This document shows, piece by piece, positions 9,471 through 17,998 of a stretch of DNA of 64,000 nt. Source of the stretch: an uncultured Bacteroidota bacterium (GTDB lineage: Bacteria; Bacteroidota; Bacteroidia; Flavobacteriales; Flavobacteriaceae). Below the pieces are notes generated by a model. That model searched no databases. It was given only the letters and a program-made list of their open reading frames with translations, and was not told where the DNA came from. A program made the translations under genes and the position numbers. Numbering within the stretch: the stretch's first letter is position 1; each line of letters begins with the position of its first letter. The stretch spans positions 22,779-86,778 of the forward strand of contig CACHSA010000003.1 of assembly GCA_902582405.1 (NCBI GenBank). The letters are read 5' to 3'.

Positions 9471-10034
9471 TTATTGTATTCTTTCTAGATATGTTCCTTT
9501 TGAGGAATCAATTTTAATTTTATCACCTTCATTTATAAATAGCGGAACGTTAACTTTAGCACCTGTTTCGACTGTAGCAGCTTTAAGTGCATTTGTTGCT
9601 GTATTTCCTTTAACCCCCGGTTCTGTGTGGGTAACTTTCAAAGTTACATTGGATGGCATGTCAACTGAAAGTGGAATTTGGTTTTCTGAATTTATAGAAA
9701 TATTAACAATTTCGCCCTCCTTTAAAAAATTTGAATTTTCTAACAAATTTTTATCAATTGTAATTTGATTAAAGTCATCATTATTCATAAAATGAAAATT
9801 TTCCGCATCGCTATACAAAAATTGATATTTAGAGGTTTCAACACGTATAGTTTCGATTTTGTGTCCAGCAGAAAATGTGTTATCAATGACTCTTCCAGTG
9901 CTTACATTTTTGAGTTTTGTTCTAACAAAAGCTGGACCTTTACCCGGCTTGACATGAAGAAATTCTACAATCTTGTAAATATCATTATTATATTTTATAC
10001 ATAAACCTTTTCTTATGTCTGATGTGCTTGCCAT
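9471..10034 (-). CDS. efp: Elongation factor P
   Basis: VKPGKGPAFVRTKLKN loop. 187 aa with three-domain EF-P length. Confidence 0.96.
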   Translation of the reverse strand: MASTSDIRKGLCIKYNNDIYKIVEFLHVKPGKGPAFVRTKLKNVSTGRVIDNTFSAGHKIETIRVETSKYQFLYSDAENFHFMNNDDFNQITIDKNLLENSNFLKEGEIVNISINSENQIPLSVDMPSNVTLKVTHTEPGVKGNTATNALKAATVETGAKVNVPLFINEGDKIKIDSSKGTYLERIQ

Positions 10035-10038
10035 AGTA

Positions 10039-10824
10039 CTAACTTTTTCTAAAATAACCTTTCATTATTCCTCTATGAGAATTTTTAATAAAATCCAATA
10101 TTTCATCTCTTTCTGGACTCACTTCCATTTCTGCCTCAAGAATTTCTGCAGCCTGGGTGTTATTATAATTTTTTTGATATAAAATGCGATAAATGGATTG
10201 AATTTCTCTAATTTTTTTTGTGCTAAACCCTCTCCTTCTTAAACCAACAGAATTAACACCAACATAAGATAGTGGTTCTCTCGCAGCTTTTACATAAGGA
10301 GGAACATCTTTCCTAACTAAAGATCCTCCTGTAATAAACGCATAATCGCCAACAGTGCAATATTGATGTATAGCAACCATACCAGCCAGAATCACAAAAT
10401 TACCAATACTTACATGCCCAGCAAGTGTTGAGCTATTTGAAAAAATACAACTATCGCCAACAATACAGTCATGTGCTATATGACTATAAGCCATTATAAG
10501 ACAATTTTTACCGATTACGGTTTTTGATCTATCTTTTGTTCCTCGATTAATAGTAACGCATTCTCTGATTGTTGTATTATCTCCAATTTCAACTGTTGTT
10601 TCTTCTCCATTGTATTTTAAATCTTGTGGAATTGCAGAAATCACTGCACCAGGGAAAATCGTACAATTTTTTCCTATCCGTGCACCCTCCATAATTGTAA
10701 CATTTGATCCTATCCAGGTCCCGTCTCCAATAATTACATCGTTACTAATGGTTGTAAAAGGCTCAACAACAACGTTTTTCGCAATTTTTGCTCCCGGGTG
10801 GACATATGCTAAGGGTTGATTCAT
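10039..10824 (-). CDS. lpxA: Acyl-ACP--UDP-N-acetylglucosamine O-acyltransferase LpxA
   Basis: Hexapeptide-repeat left-handed beta-helix followed by a helical C-terminal domain. It occupies the lpxA position in the lpxD-lpxC/fabZ-lpxA cluster. Confidence 0.92.
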   Translation of the reverse strand: MNQPLAYVHPGAKIAKNVVVEPFTTISNDVIIGDGTWIGSNVTIMEGARIGKNCTIFPGAVISAIPQDLKYNGEETTVEIGDNTTIRECVTINRGTKDRSKTVIGKNCLIMAYSHIAHDCIVGDSCIFSNSSTLAGHVSIGNFVILAGMVAIHQYCTVGDYAFITGGSLVRKDVPPYVKAAREPLSYVGVNSVGLRRRGFSTKKIREIQSIYRILYQKNYNNTQAAEILEAEMEVSPERDEILDFIKNSHRGIMKGYFRKS

Positions 10825-12218
10825 TTTTTGTTTCTTAGTATTAGTTGAGCCATAAGTTCAGCTTCGGTTACTAGTCGTTCGTTAGAAAAGGTGAATCCTT
10901 TCATATGACAAATTCCTCTTCTTATTGGGGTCATTAATTCAAGTTTGAAGACCATTTGATCGCCAGGATATACAGGGTGTTTAAATTTGGCATTGTCAAT
11001 TTTCATAAAAAATGTAAGATAATTTTCTGGATCAGAAACAGTATTAAGCAATAACACGCCACCTGTTTGAGCCATAGCTTCAATAATTAGGACTCCCGGC
11101 ATAACGGGTGCACCTGGAAAATGACCTTTAAAGAAAAATTCATTCATAGTTACTCCCTTAGATCCAATCACATGTTCTTTTGATATCTCATGAATTTTGT
11201 CTACTAGGAGAAATGGAGGTCTGTGGGGCAACATTTTCATTATTTCACTCACATCCATTAATGGTTCTTTATTTAGGTCGATTTGTGGAAAATTATTTCT
11301 TTTTTCTTCTTTTATAATTTTTGAAAGTTTTTTAGCAAATTGAATATTGGTTCTGTGACCGGGCTTGTGAGCAATAACCTTTCCTTTAATTCTGTGTCGA
11401 ATAAGTGCTAGATCACCAATAATGTCTAACAACTTGTGTCGTGCAGCTTCATTTGGATAATGTAAAGAGAGATTATCTAGAATGCCATTTGGTTGTACTG
11501 AAATTTGTTTTTTATTAAAAGCTTTTTTAAGTCTTTCCATTGTTTGTTTAGATAGAGGTTTGTCAACATAAACAATAGCATTGTTGAGATCTCCTCCTTG
11601 AATTAAACCATTTTCCAACAACATTTCAATTTCATGTAAAAAACTGAAAGTTCTTGAAGAGGCAATTTCTTCTTCATAATCACTAATTGAATTTAATGTT
11701 GCATTCTGTGTGCCTAAAATTTTAGTTCCAAAATCAACCATTGTAGTTATTTGATATGAATCAGATGGTATCATTGTAATTTCACTACCTGTCTCATCAT
11801 CAGTGAATTTAATAACCTCTTTAACAACATAATCATTTCTTTCAATTTCAAGTTGCTTAATACCTGCCCTCTTAAGTGCTTTTACAAAAAATATTGAAGA
11901 TCCGTCCATTATTGGTGGTTCAGGAGCATCCAAATGAATATAACAATTATCTATATCAAGGCCAACAAGCGCAGACAAAACATGTTCAGTTGTATTTATT
12001 ATAACACCATTCTTATTAAGGTTAGTGCCTCTTTGAGTATCGTAAACCCATTGAATATCGGCTTCAACTAAAGGATTCCCATCTAAATCTTCTCTGACGA
12101 AACAATATCCAACGTCATGTGGAGCTGGTATAAATTTTATAGTTACATTTTTACCAGTATGAAGTCCAACTCCATTTAATACAACTTGGCTTTTGATGGT
12201 TGTTTGAAAATTATTCAT
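10821..12218 (-). CDS. lpxC: Bifunctional UDP-3-O-acyl-GlcNAc deacetylase / 3-hydroxyacyl-ACP dehydratase (LpxC-FabZ fusion)
   Basis: The N-terminal half is LpxC (GVGLHTGK, TTEHVLSAL, HKPGH). The C-terminal half is FabZ (LPHRPPFLLVDK, GHFPGAPVMPGVLIIEAMAQ). This fusion is characteristic of Bacteroidota. Confidence 0.95.
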   Translation of the reverse strand: MNNFQTTIKSQVVLNGVGLHTGKNVTIKFIPAPHDVGYCFVREDLDGNPLVEADIQWVYDTQRGTNLNKNGVIINTTEHVLSALVGLDIDNCYIHLDAPEPPIMDGSSIFFVKALKRAGIKQLEIERNDYVVKEVIKFTDDETGSEITMIPSDSYQITTMVDFGTKILGTQNATLNSISDYEEEIASSRTFSFLHEIEMLLENGLIQGGDLNNAIVYVDKPLSKQTMERLKKAFNKKQISVQPNGILDNLSLHYPNEAARHKLLDIIGDLALIRHRIKGKVIAHKPGHRTNIQFAKKLSKIIKEEKRNNFPQIDLNKEPLMDVSEIMKMLPHRPPFLLVDKIHEISKEHVIGSKGVTMNEFFFKGHFPGAPVMPGVLIIEAMAQTGGVLLLNTVSDPENYLTFFMKIDNAKFKHPVYPGDQMVFKLELMTPIRRGICHMKGFTFSNERLVTEAELMAQLILRNKK

Positions 12219-13233
12219 TTTTATTTTTTTCTAAACTCTCTAGTCGTTTTATGATTGATGGGAAACGCCTAAAATATACATATGATTTATTGTAATCCTT
12301 GTAGCCAATTGCGGGGGAACCCTGAATAACAGCACCATCTTTAATATTACTAATTATACCAGACTGTCCTTGAATGCTGACATTATTACCAATATTTAAA
12401 TGCCCGATAATACCAACTTGTCCTCCAATAATGCAATTTGATCCAATTTTAGTTGAACCAGCTATTCCAGTTTGAGCAGCAATAACTGTATTTGAGCCAA
12501 TTTCAACATTATGTGCAATCTGTATTTGATTATCCATTTTGACACCCTTGAATATCTTCGTCGAACCTAGTGTTGCCCTGTCAATCGTTGAGTTCGCTCC
12601 AATTTCTACATAATCGGAAATCTCTACATTTCCAGTGTGAGGGATTTTATTATATGTTCCGTCATCCTTGGGAGCAAAGCCAAAACCATCAGACCCAATT
12701 ACACAACCACTATGAATATGGCAATTTGAACCAATATTCGAACCAATTTTTATTGAACAAAAATTGTCAATTTTAGTATTGTCTCCAATTGAAACATTGT
12801 CTTCAATTACAACATGTGAGCTAATCAAGATATTTTTCCCAAGCCTAACATTTTTTCCAATTATTGAAAAATTTCCAATATAGCAAGATGGATCAATGTT
12901 TGATTTTTTGTCTATAACAGTAGTGGGTTCAATACCCTTTTTCATTTCGGTATTTTTGTTATAAAATTTTAACAAGGTAGAAAAGGCTTGATATGCGTCT
13001 GTAACTCTAATTAAAGTCGGACTAATTTCTTCTAAAAGTTTAAAGTCATTATTTACAATAACTAGTGATGCATTTGTTGTATATATATGTTGAGTGTACT
13101 TTGGGTTAGACAAGAAAGTCAAAGAACCGTGTATGCTATCATCAATTTTTGACAAGCTTGATATTTCAACGGTATCATCTCCATCAACTGTACCCTCTAA
13201 TAAATCGGCAATTTCAGCTGCTGTAAACTTCAT
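12211..13233 (-). CDS. lpxD: UDP-3-O-acylglucosamine N-acyltransferase LpxD
   Basis: N-terminal uridine-binding domain (FTAAEIADLLEG), then long hexapeptide repeats (IGSNxxI). It has an 8-nt overlap with lpxC/fabZ. Confidence 0.93.
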   Translation of the reverse strand: MKFTAAEIADLLEGTVDGDDTVEISSLSKIDDSIHGSLTFLSNPKYTQHIYTTNASLVIVNNDFKLLEEISPTLIRVTDAYQAFSTLLKFYNKNTEMKKGIEPTTVIDKKSNIDPSCYIGNFSIIGKNVRLGKNILISSHVVIEDNVSIGDNTKIDNFCSIKIGSNIGSNCHIHSGCVIGSDGFGFAPKDDGTYNKIPHTGNVEISDYVEIGANSTIDRATLGSTKIFKGVKMDNQIQIAHNVEIGSNTVIAAQTGIAGSTKIGSNCIIGGQVGIIGHLNIGNNVSIQGQSGIISNIKDGAVIQGSPAIGYKDYNKSYVYFRRFPSIIKRLESLEKNKNE

Positions 13234-13340
13234 TATGCAAAATTATAAAATAAAATCAACTATTTTTATTAACTGATAACTTATGTGATTTATTTAAATT
13301 CATATTTGTGGAATGCTTTGTTATATTTTGAATATTGACC

Positions 13341-13348
13341 TATTTTTG
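13341..13348 (+). promoter_or_regulatory. Candidate -7 promoter box TATTTTTG upstream of porX
   Basis: Matches TAnnTTTG, lies 16 nt before the porX ATG, and sits inside the second copy of a 12-nt direct repeat. Confidence 0.25.
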
Positions 13349-13364
13349 AATATTGGAATAATAG

Positions 13365-14921
13365 ATGTTTAAGAGCAAAATAGAAATCCTTTGGATTGAC
13401 GATGAAATAGATTTGTTAAAATCTCATTTTATTTTTTTAGAATCTAGAGGATATTTAATTCATCCCTATTCAAATGGTAGAGAGGGAATAAGCGCTCTAG
13501 ATTGTAAAAAAATTGATTTGGTATTATTGGATGAAAATATGCCAGGTTTAAATGGCTTTGAAACTTTATCAATAATTAAACAAAAGAATCCAAACCTTCC
13601 AGTGATTATGGTTACAAAAAATGAGGAAGAAAAAATTATGGACGATGCTATAGGTTCTAAAGTTTCAGATTACCTTATTAAGCCAGTTAATCCAAATCAG
13701 ATACTTCATTCGTTAAAAAAAACACTTAATCAAAAAAATCTGATTTCAGAAAAGGCTTCAAATCAATACCAAAAAGACTTTAGGATAATGAGTCTTGATA
13801 TTTTATCAGCTAATTCATTTTTAGACTGGTTTGACTTATATAAAAAATTTATTTACTGGAAAATAGAATTAATGGAATCAGAAAACAATTCCATGTTAAA
13901 TATATTAGAAAATCAACTAAAAGAGGCGAATTTGGTTTTTGGCAAGTTTATTAAAAATCATTATTTAAGTTGGTTAAAATCTAAAGAAAAAAGCCCTAAT
14001 CTTTCTCATAATGTTTTCAAAAAAAAAATTATTCCTAACTTAAAAAAGAGCAAGTCAACATTATTAATATTAATAGACAACCTTAGATTAGACCAATGGA
14101 AAATCATAGAGCCTTTAGTAAATAAATTTTACAATATAGAGGAAGAAGATTTATATTGCAGCATTTTACCCACAACTACACAGTATTCAAGAAATTCATT
14201 TTTTGCAGGTCTTACCCCCAATGAGATAAAAAATAATTTTCCGGATTTATGGATTGATGACATAGTAAGAGGAAACAAAAACAAACATGAAAAGCTTCTT
14301 TTATCAAAGCAACTAGAATCTTTAAATTTTAAATACGAATTTGAATATTTTAAAATCACCAATTTCAGTGACGCAAAGCGAATGGTGTCTAACTTAACAG
14401 AATTGAAGAAAAATGCCTTGAACGCAATAGTCTATAATTTTGTTGATATTTTATCTCATGCAAAATCTGAAATGAATATAATTAAGGAATTAGCTTTTGA
14501 AGATAAAGGTTATTTATCATTGACATTTAGTTGGTTTAAAAACTCTCCATTATATGAATTGGTTCAAAAAGCTTCTCAGTTTGGTTTCGAATTAATAATT
14601 ACTTCTGATCATGGTACAATAAACGTAACAAACCCAGTTGAGGTTATAGGCAACAAAGATACTAGCTTTAATTTAAGATATAAATATGGAAAAGGGTTAA
14701 AATTTCCCGAAAAAAAGGTTTTTGAAATGAATGATCCAATAAATTATGAATTACCCAAAAAAAGTCATCAAGATAAATATGTCTTCGCACTTGAAAATGC
14801 GTTTTTTATATACCGTAATAAATTTAATGAGTATGCAAAACATTTCATGAATTCATATCAGCACGGAGGAATTTCATTACAAGAAATGCTTTTACCACTA
14901 ATTCGATTATCGCCTAAATAA
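13365..14921 (+). CDS. porX: PorX-type response regulator (CheY-like receiver + PglZ/alkaline-phosphatase-like domain)
   Basis: The receiver has the acceptor Asp in DLVLLDENMPGLNG and DYLIKPV. The C-terminal PglZ-like part has LIDNLRLDQW, TTTQYSRNSFFAG and TSDHGT. Length (518 aa) and domain order match the Bacteroidetes T9SS regulator PorX. Confidence 0.85.
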   Translation: MFKSKIEILWIDDEIDLLKSHFIFLESRGYLIHPYSNGREGISALDCKKIDLVLLDENMPGLNGFETLSIIKQKNPNLPVIMVTKNEEEKIMDDAIGSKVSDYLIKPVNPNQILHSLKKTLNQKNLISEKASNQYQKDFRIMSLDILSANSFLDWFDLYKKFIYWKIELMESENNSMLNILENQLKEANLVFGKFIKNHYLSWLKSKEKSPNLSHNVFKKKIIPNLKKSKSTLLILIDNLRLDQWKIIEPLVNKFYNIEEEDLYCSILPTTTQYSRNSFFAGLTPNEIKNNFPDLWIDDIVRGNKNKHEKLLLSKQLESLNFKYEFEYFKITNFSDAKRMVSNLTELKKNALNAIVYNFVDILSHAKSEMNIIKELAFEDKGYLSLTFSWFKNSPLYELVQKASQFGFELIITSDHGTINVTNPVEVIGNKDTSFNLRYKYGKGLKFPEKKVFEMNDPINYELPKKSHQDKYVFALENAFFIYRNKFNEYAKHFMNSYQHGGISLQEMLLPLIRLSPK

Positions 14922-14923
14922 TA

Positions 14924-15334
14924 ATGAAATTAACTTATTCGATAGATGAACTTGATAAAATTGTATTGGAAAAAATAATTCCAAATATTGAGGGTAATAT
15001 TGTATGCTTAGAAGGTAGTATGGGATCAGGGAAAACAACTTTAATAAATTCTATTTGCACTAATTTAAATTCTTTAGATAAGGTATCAAGTCCAACTTTT
15101 TCTCTCATCAATGAATACAAAACATCGCATGGAAATTTAATTTACCACTTTGATTTCTATCGAGTTGAAAATAAGGAAGAGGCGATGGATCTAGGAGTTG
15201 AAGAATATTTTTATTCATCTAATTTGTGTCTCATCGAATGGGGTTCAAAAATCATAGATTTAATTCCTAAAAAAAGGCACAAAATAAGTCTAACTTACAT
15301 AGACAGCAAACATAGAGAATTAATACTATCATAA
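14924..15334 (+). CDS. tsaE: tRNA t6A37 biosynthesis ATPase TsaE (YjeE)
   Basis: LEGSMGSGKTTL P-loop, SPTFSLINEY, HFDFYR, and a length of 136 aa. Confidence 0.88.
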   Translation: MKLTYSIDELDKIVLEKIIPNIEGNIVCLEGSMGSGKTTLINSICTNLNSLDKVSSPTFSLINEYKTSHGNLIYHFDFYRVENKEEAMDLGVEEYFYSSNLCLIEWGSKIIDLIPKKRHKISLTYIDSKHRELILS

Positions 15335-15684
15335 TGAATTTTTCTAAAAAAATAAAACTTTTCTCATTTGGCTTAATCTTAGGAACATTTTTCTTGATTA
15401 CATTTTTAAATGGAAAAAAATTAAGTTGTAATTACGGACCAGAGGCCAGAGTTATTAACAATTTAAAACAAAAAAAATGGATTTTTGAAAATAAAAATTT
15501 AGCTATAGACAACTTTAACTATATTGATTTTTTAGAGAATTGCAAGGTGGTTTTTAATAAAAGTGATACAAGTAAAGATAGTTGTAAAATTTACTTTTTA
15601 AAAGGAATTAGGAAATACGAAGAAATTATCATTAGCGCTGAAAACTGTATAAAAAGTGTCAAAATAATAACACTTAAGAATTAA
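15334..15684 (+). CDS. Hypothetical membrane-anchored small protein
   Basis: 116-aa ORF with an N-terminal TM/signal anchor (LFSFGLILGTFFLITFL). Its ATG overlaps the tsaE stop. I recognise no motif. Confidence 0.5.
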   Translation: MNFSKKIKLFSFGLILGTFFLITFLNGKKLSCNYGPEARVINNLKQKKWIFENKNLAIDNFNYIDFLENCKVVFNKSDTSKDSCKIYFLKGIRKYEEIIISAENCIKSVKIITLKN

Positions 15685-16849
15685 TTCTACGTCTTTTGAA
15701 TTCTTTTTTTATTAATTCCAATTCTCTAGATGATTGGCCTTTCACAGATGAATTTTCCTCTGCCCTTCTAATTAAATACGGAATTACTTCTTCAACTGGC
15801 CCATAAGGAAGTAGCTTACATACATTATAACCTAAATTTGCAATATTAAAACTTATTTGATCACTCATACCATATAATTGTGCAAACCATATGTTACTAT
15901 TGTTACGTTTTATTTTATTTCTTTTCATTAAGTCCATAAGTAGGTATGAACTTTCTTCATTGTGGCTACCTACTATAAAATTGAAATATTTTATATTTGA
16001 TACAAGAAATTTTAAAGCATTGTTAAAATTTTCATCTGTTGCGATTTTATTATCACATATAGGATCGTCATAACCAAGTTTTTTTGATCTTGATCTTTCT
16101 TTTTCCATATAAGCGCCTCTAACAATTTTTACACCTGGAATAAATGACTTTTTTTTCGAGTAACTTAGCAAGTGTTGCAAATATTTAATTTTATTTTTTA
16201 AATACATTTGAACAGTATTATAAATTAATGCATTTTTTTTATTGTAAATAATCATATATTTTTCTACTAGTAAATCAACTCCTGGTTGAATCCAAGATTC
16301 TTCGGAATCAATAAGGATTTTTACACCATATTTTTTACATGCCCGAAAACATAATTCAAATCTTTTTTCAACTCTTTTTAAGCTATTTTTTTCCTTTTCA
16401 TTTAGAGTAGATGACAGAGCCAACTTGTGAAACAATTTCATAGGACCTAAACCTGTTGGTTTGAATACTGTGAAAGGTATATCATGATTTTTTGAAGCAG
16501 ACTTTATCGTTTTGATAGTATTTAAAAGACATTCATCAAAACTTTTTTCTGATTCATAACCCTCCACATGATAATGCAAAATTGATTTCAAATTAAATTT
16601 AGATAACTTTTTGACAGTCACCATCGACTCTTTTTCATTCAAACCAACACAAAATTGGTCAAAAAGAAAATTCTTAACAATTGCAGTAACAGGCAATTTT
16701 AATTTTAGAAAAAATTGTATTAAAAAAGAACCAAACTTAACAATCAAGGGGTATTTTATGATATTGAAAAGAAAAAGACTTTTCCTCAGAGAATTATTAC
16801 TTTTTAACTCGAAAGCTAATTTTGTATTGTCAAATAAATTTTTAGACAC
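15674..16849 (-). CDS. Proline dehydrogenase (stand-alone PutA-like PRODH domain)
   Basis: 391-aa TIM-barrel PRODH pattern (VKIVRGAYMEKER, QLYGMSD, LPYGPVEEVIPYLIRRAEENSS). Confidence 0.85.
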   Translation of the reverse strand: MSKNLFDNTKLAFELKSNNSLRKSLFLFNIIKYPLIVKFGSFLIQFFLKLKLPVTAIVKNFLFDQFCVGLNEKESMVTVKKLSKFNLKSILHYHVEGYESEKSFDECLLNTIKTIKSASKNHDIPFTVFKPTGLGPMKLFHKLALSSTLNEKEKNSLKRVEKRFELCFRACKKYGVKILIDSEESWIQPGVDLLVEKYMIIYNKKNALIYNTVQMYLKNKIKYLQHLLSYSKKKSFIPGVKIVRGAYMEKERSRSKKLGYDDPICDNKIATDENFNNALKFLVSNIKYFNFIVGSHNEESSYLLMDLMKRNKIKRNNSNIWFAQLYGMSDQISFNIANLGYNVCKLLPYGPVEEVIPYLIRRAEENSSVKGQSSRELELIKKEFKRRRINS

Positions 16850-16929
16850 TTTTTATCAAAAAACTTAAATTAATTAATAAAATCATTAGATATTAAATCA
16901 CTCAAAATAACTTACTTTTGGATATCGAT

Positions 16930-17997
16930 ATGCTTAATATAAAAACAAAAAATTACGATATCTTTCTTACGAATCAAAATTCATTATTGATTAACAAATT
17001 CATATCTAAAAATAAATATAGCAAAGTATTTATTCTAGTAGATTCAAATACAAAAAAATATTGTCTTAGATTATTTTTAGAAAAGCACTTAAATGGAATA
17101 AAAATTGAATTAGTCACAATTAAACACGGAGAACAAAATAAAAATACAAGAAACTTATACTTAGCTTGGATTAAAATCTCAAAACTTGGTGGGGATAGAA
17201 GGAGTCTTTTAATTAACCTTGGCGGTGGACTAGTTTCAGATTTAGGAGGGTTTGTTGCATCTACCTATAATCGTGGAATCGATTTTATAAATATTCCTAC
17301 TACTTTACTTTCGATGGTAGATGCCTCAATTGGTGGCAAAGTAGGTATAAATATTCAAAAATTAAAAAATCAAGTTGGTCTTTTTAACCATCCTAGATTT
17401 ATTTTGATTGATACTTCATTTTTAGAAACGCTTCCAAAGAGGGAAATTAAAAGTGGATATGCAGAAATGTTAAAACATGGAATAATTTTTGACACAAAAT
17501 ATTTTGAAACACTTTCAAAATTAAAAAACATAGATTCAAATTTCAATATAGAGCATATTAATTGTTCAATTAAAATTAAAAACAAAATAGTAAATAAAGA
17601 TCCAAAAGAAACTAACCTTAGGAAAATATTAAATTTTGGTCATACTCTTGGGCATGCCATTGAAACTCACTTCCTAAGCAAGAAAAAATCAAAAAGGCTC
17701 TTGCATGGTGAGGCGATTTCTATTGGAATGATATTAGAAAGCTATATTTCCCACAAAATCTTAAAGATGCCTTTTGCGCAGTGCCAGAATATTAAGAAAA
17801 CCATAAACGATAAATTCAAAAAAATTACAATTAATAGAGAAGATTCAAAATCAATTATTAAACTTATAAAGTTTGATAAGAAAAATAGTGGGGGGAAAGT
17901 TTTTTTTGTTTTACTTAACGAAATTGGCAAATGTGAAACAGATATCGAAGTTCCAAAAAAAACAATTATTGAATCAATAGATTTTTACAACTCATGA
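16930..17997 (+). CDS. aroB: 3-dehydroquinate synthase
   Basis: LGGGLVSDLGGFVASTY, DASIGGKVG, and the metal-binding NFGHTLGHAIE / HGEAISIG motifs. The track start at 16918 is a TTG; the ATG at 16930 is more likely. Confidence 0.9.
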   Translation: MLNIKTKNYDIFLTNQNSLLINKFISKNKYSKVFILVDSNTKKYCLRLFLEKHLNGIKIELVTIKHGEQNKNTRNLYLAWIKISKLGGDRRSLLINLGGGLVSDLGGFVASTYNRGIDFINIPTTLLSMVDASIGGKVGINIQKLKNQVGLFNHPRFILIDTSFLETLPKREIKSGYAEMLKHGIIFDTKYFETLSKLKNIDSNFNIEHINCSIKIKNKIVNKDPKETNLRKILNFGHTLGHAIETHFLSKKKSKRLLHGEAISIGMILESYISHKILKMPFAQCQNIKKTINDKFKKITINREDSKSIIKLIKFDKKNSGGKVFFVLLNEIGKCETDIEVPKKTIIESIDFYNS

Positions 17998-17998
17998 T

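Noticed and set aside
10039-13233. Short-period internal repetition in the DNA of lpxA and lpxD.
   Set aside because: It is explained by the hexapeptide (left-handed beta-helix) repeats of the encoded acyltransferases, so it is not an independent repeat element.
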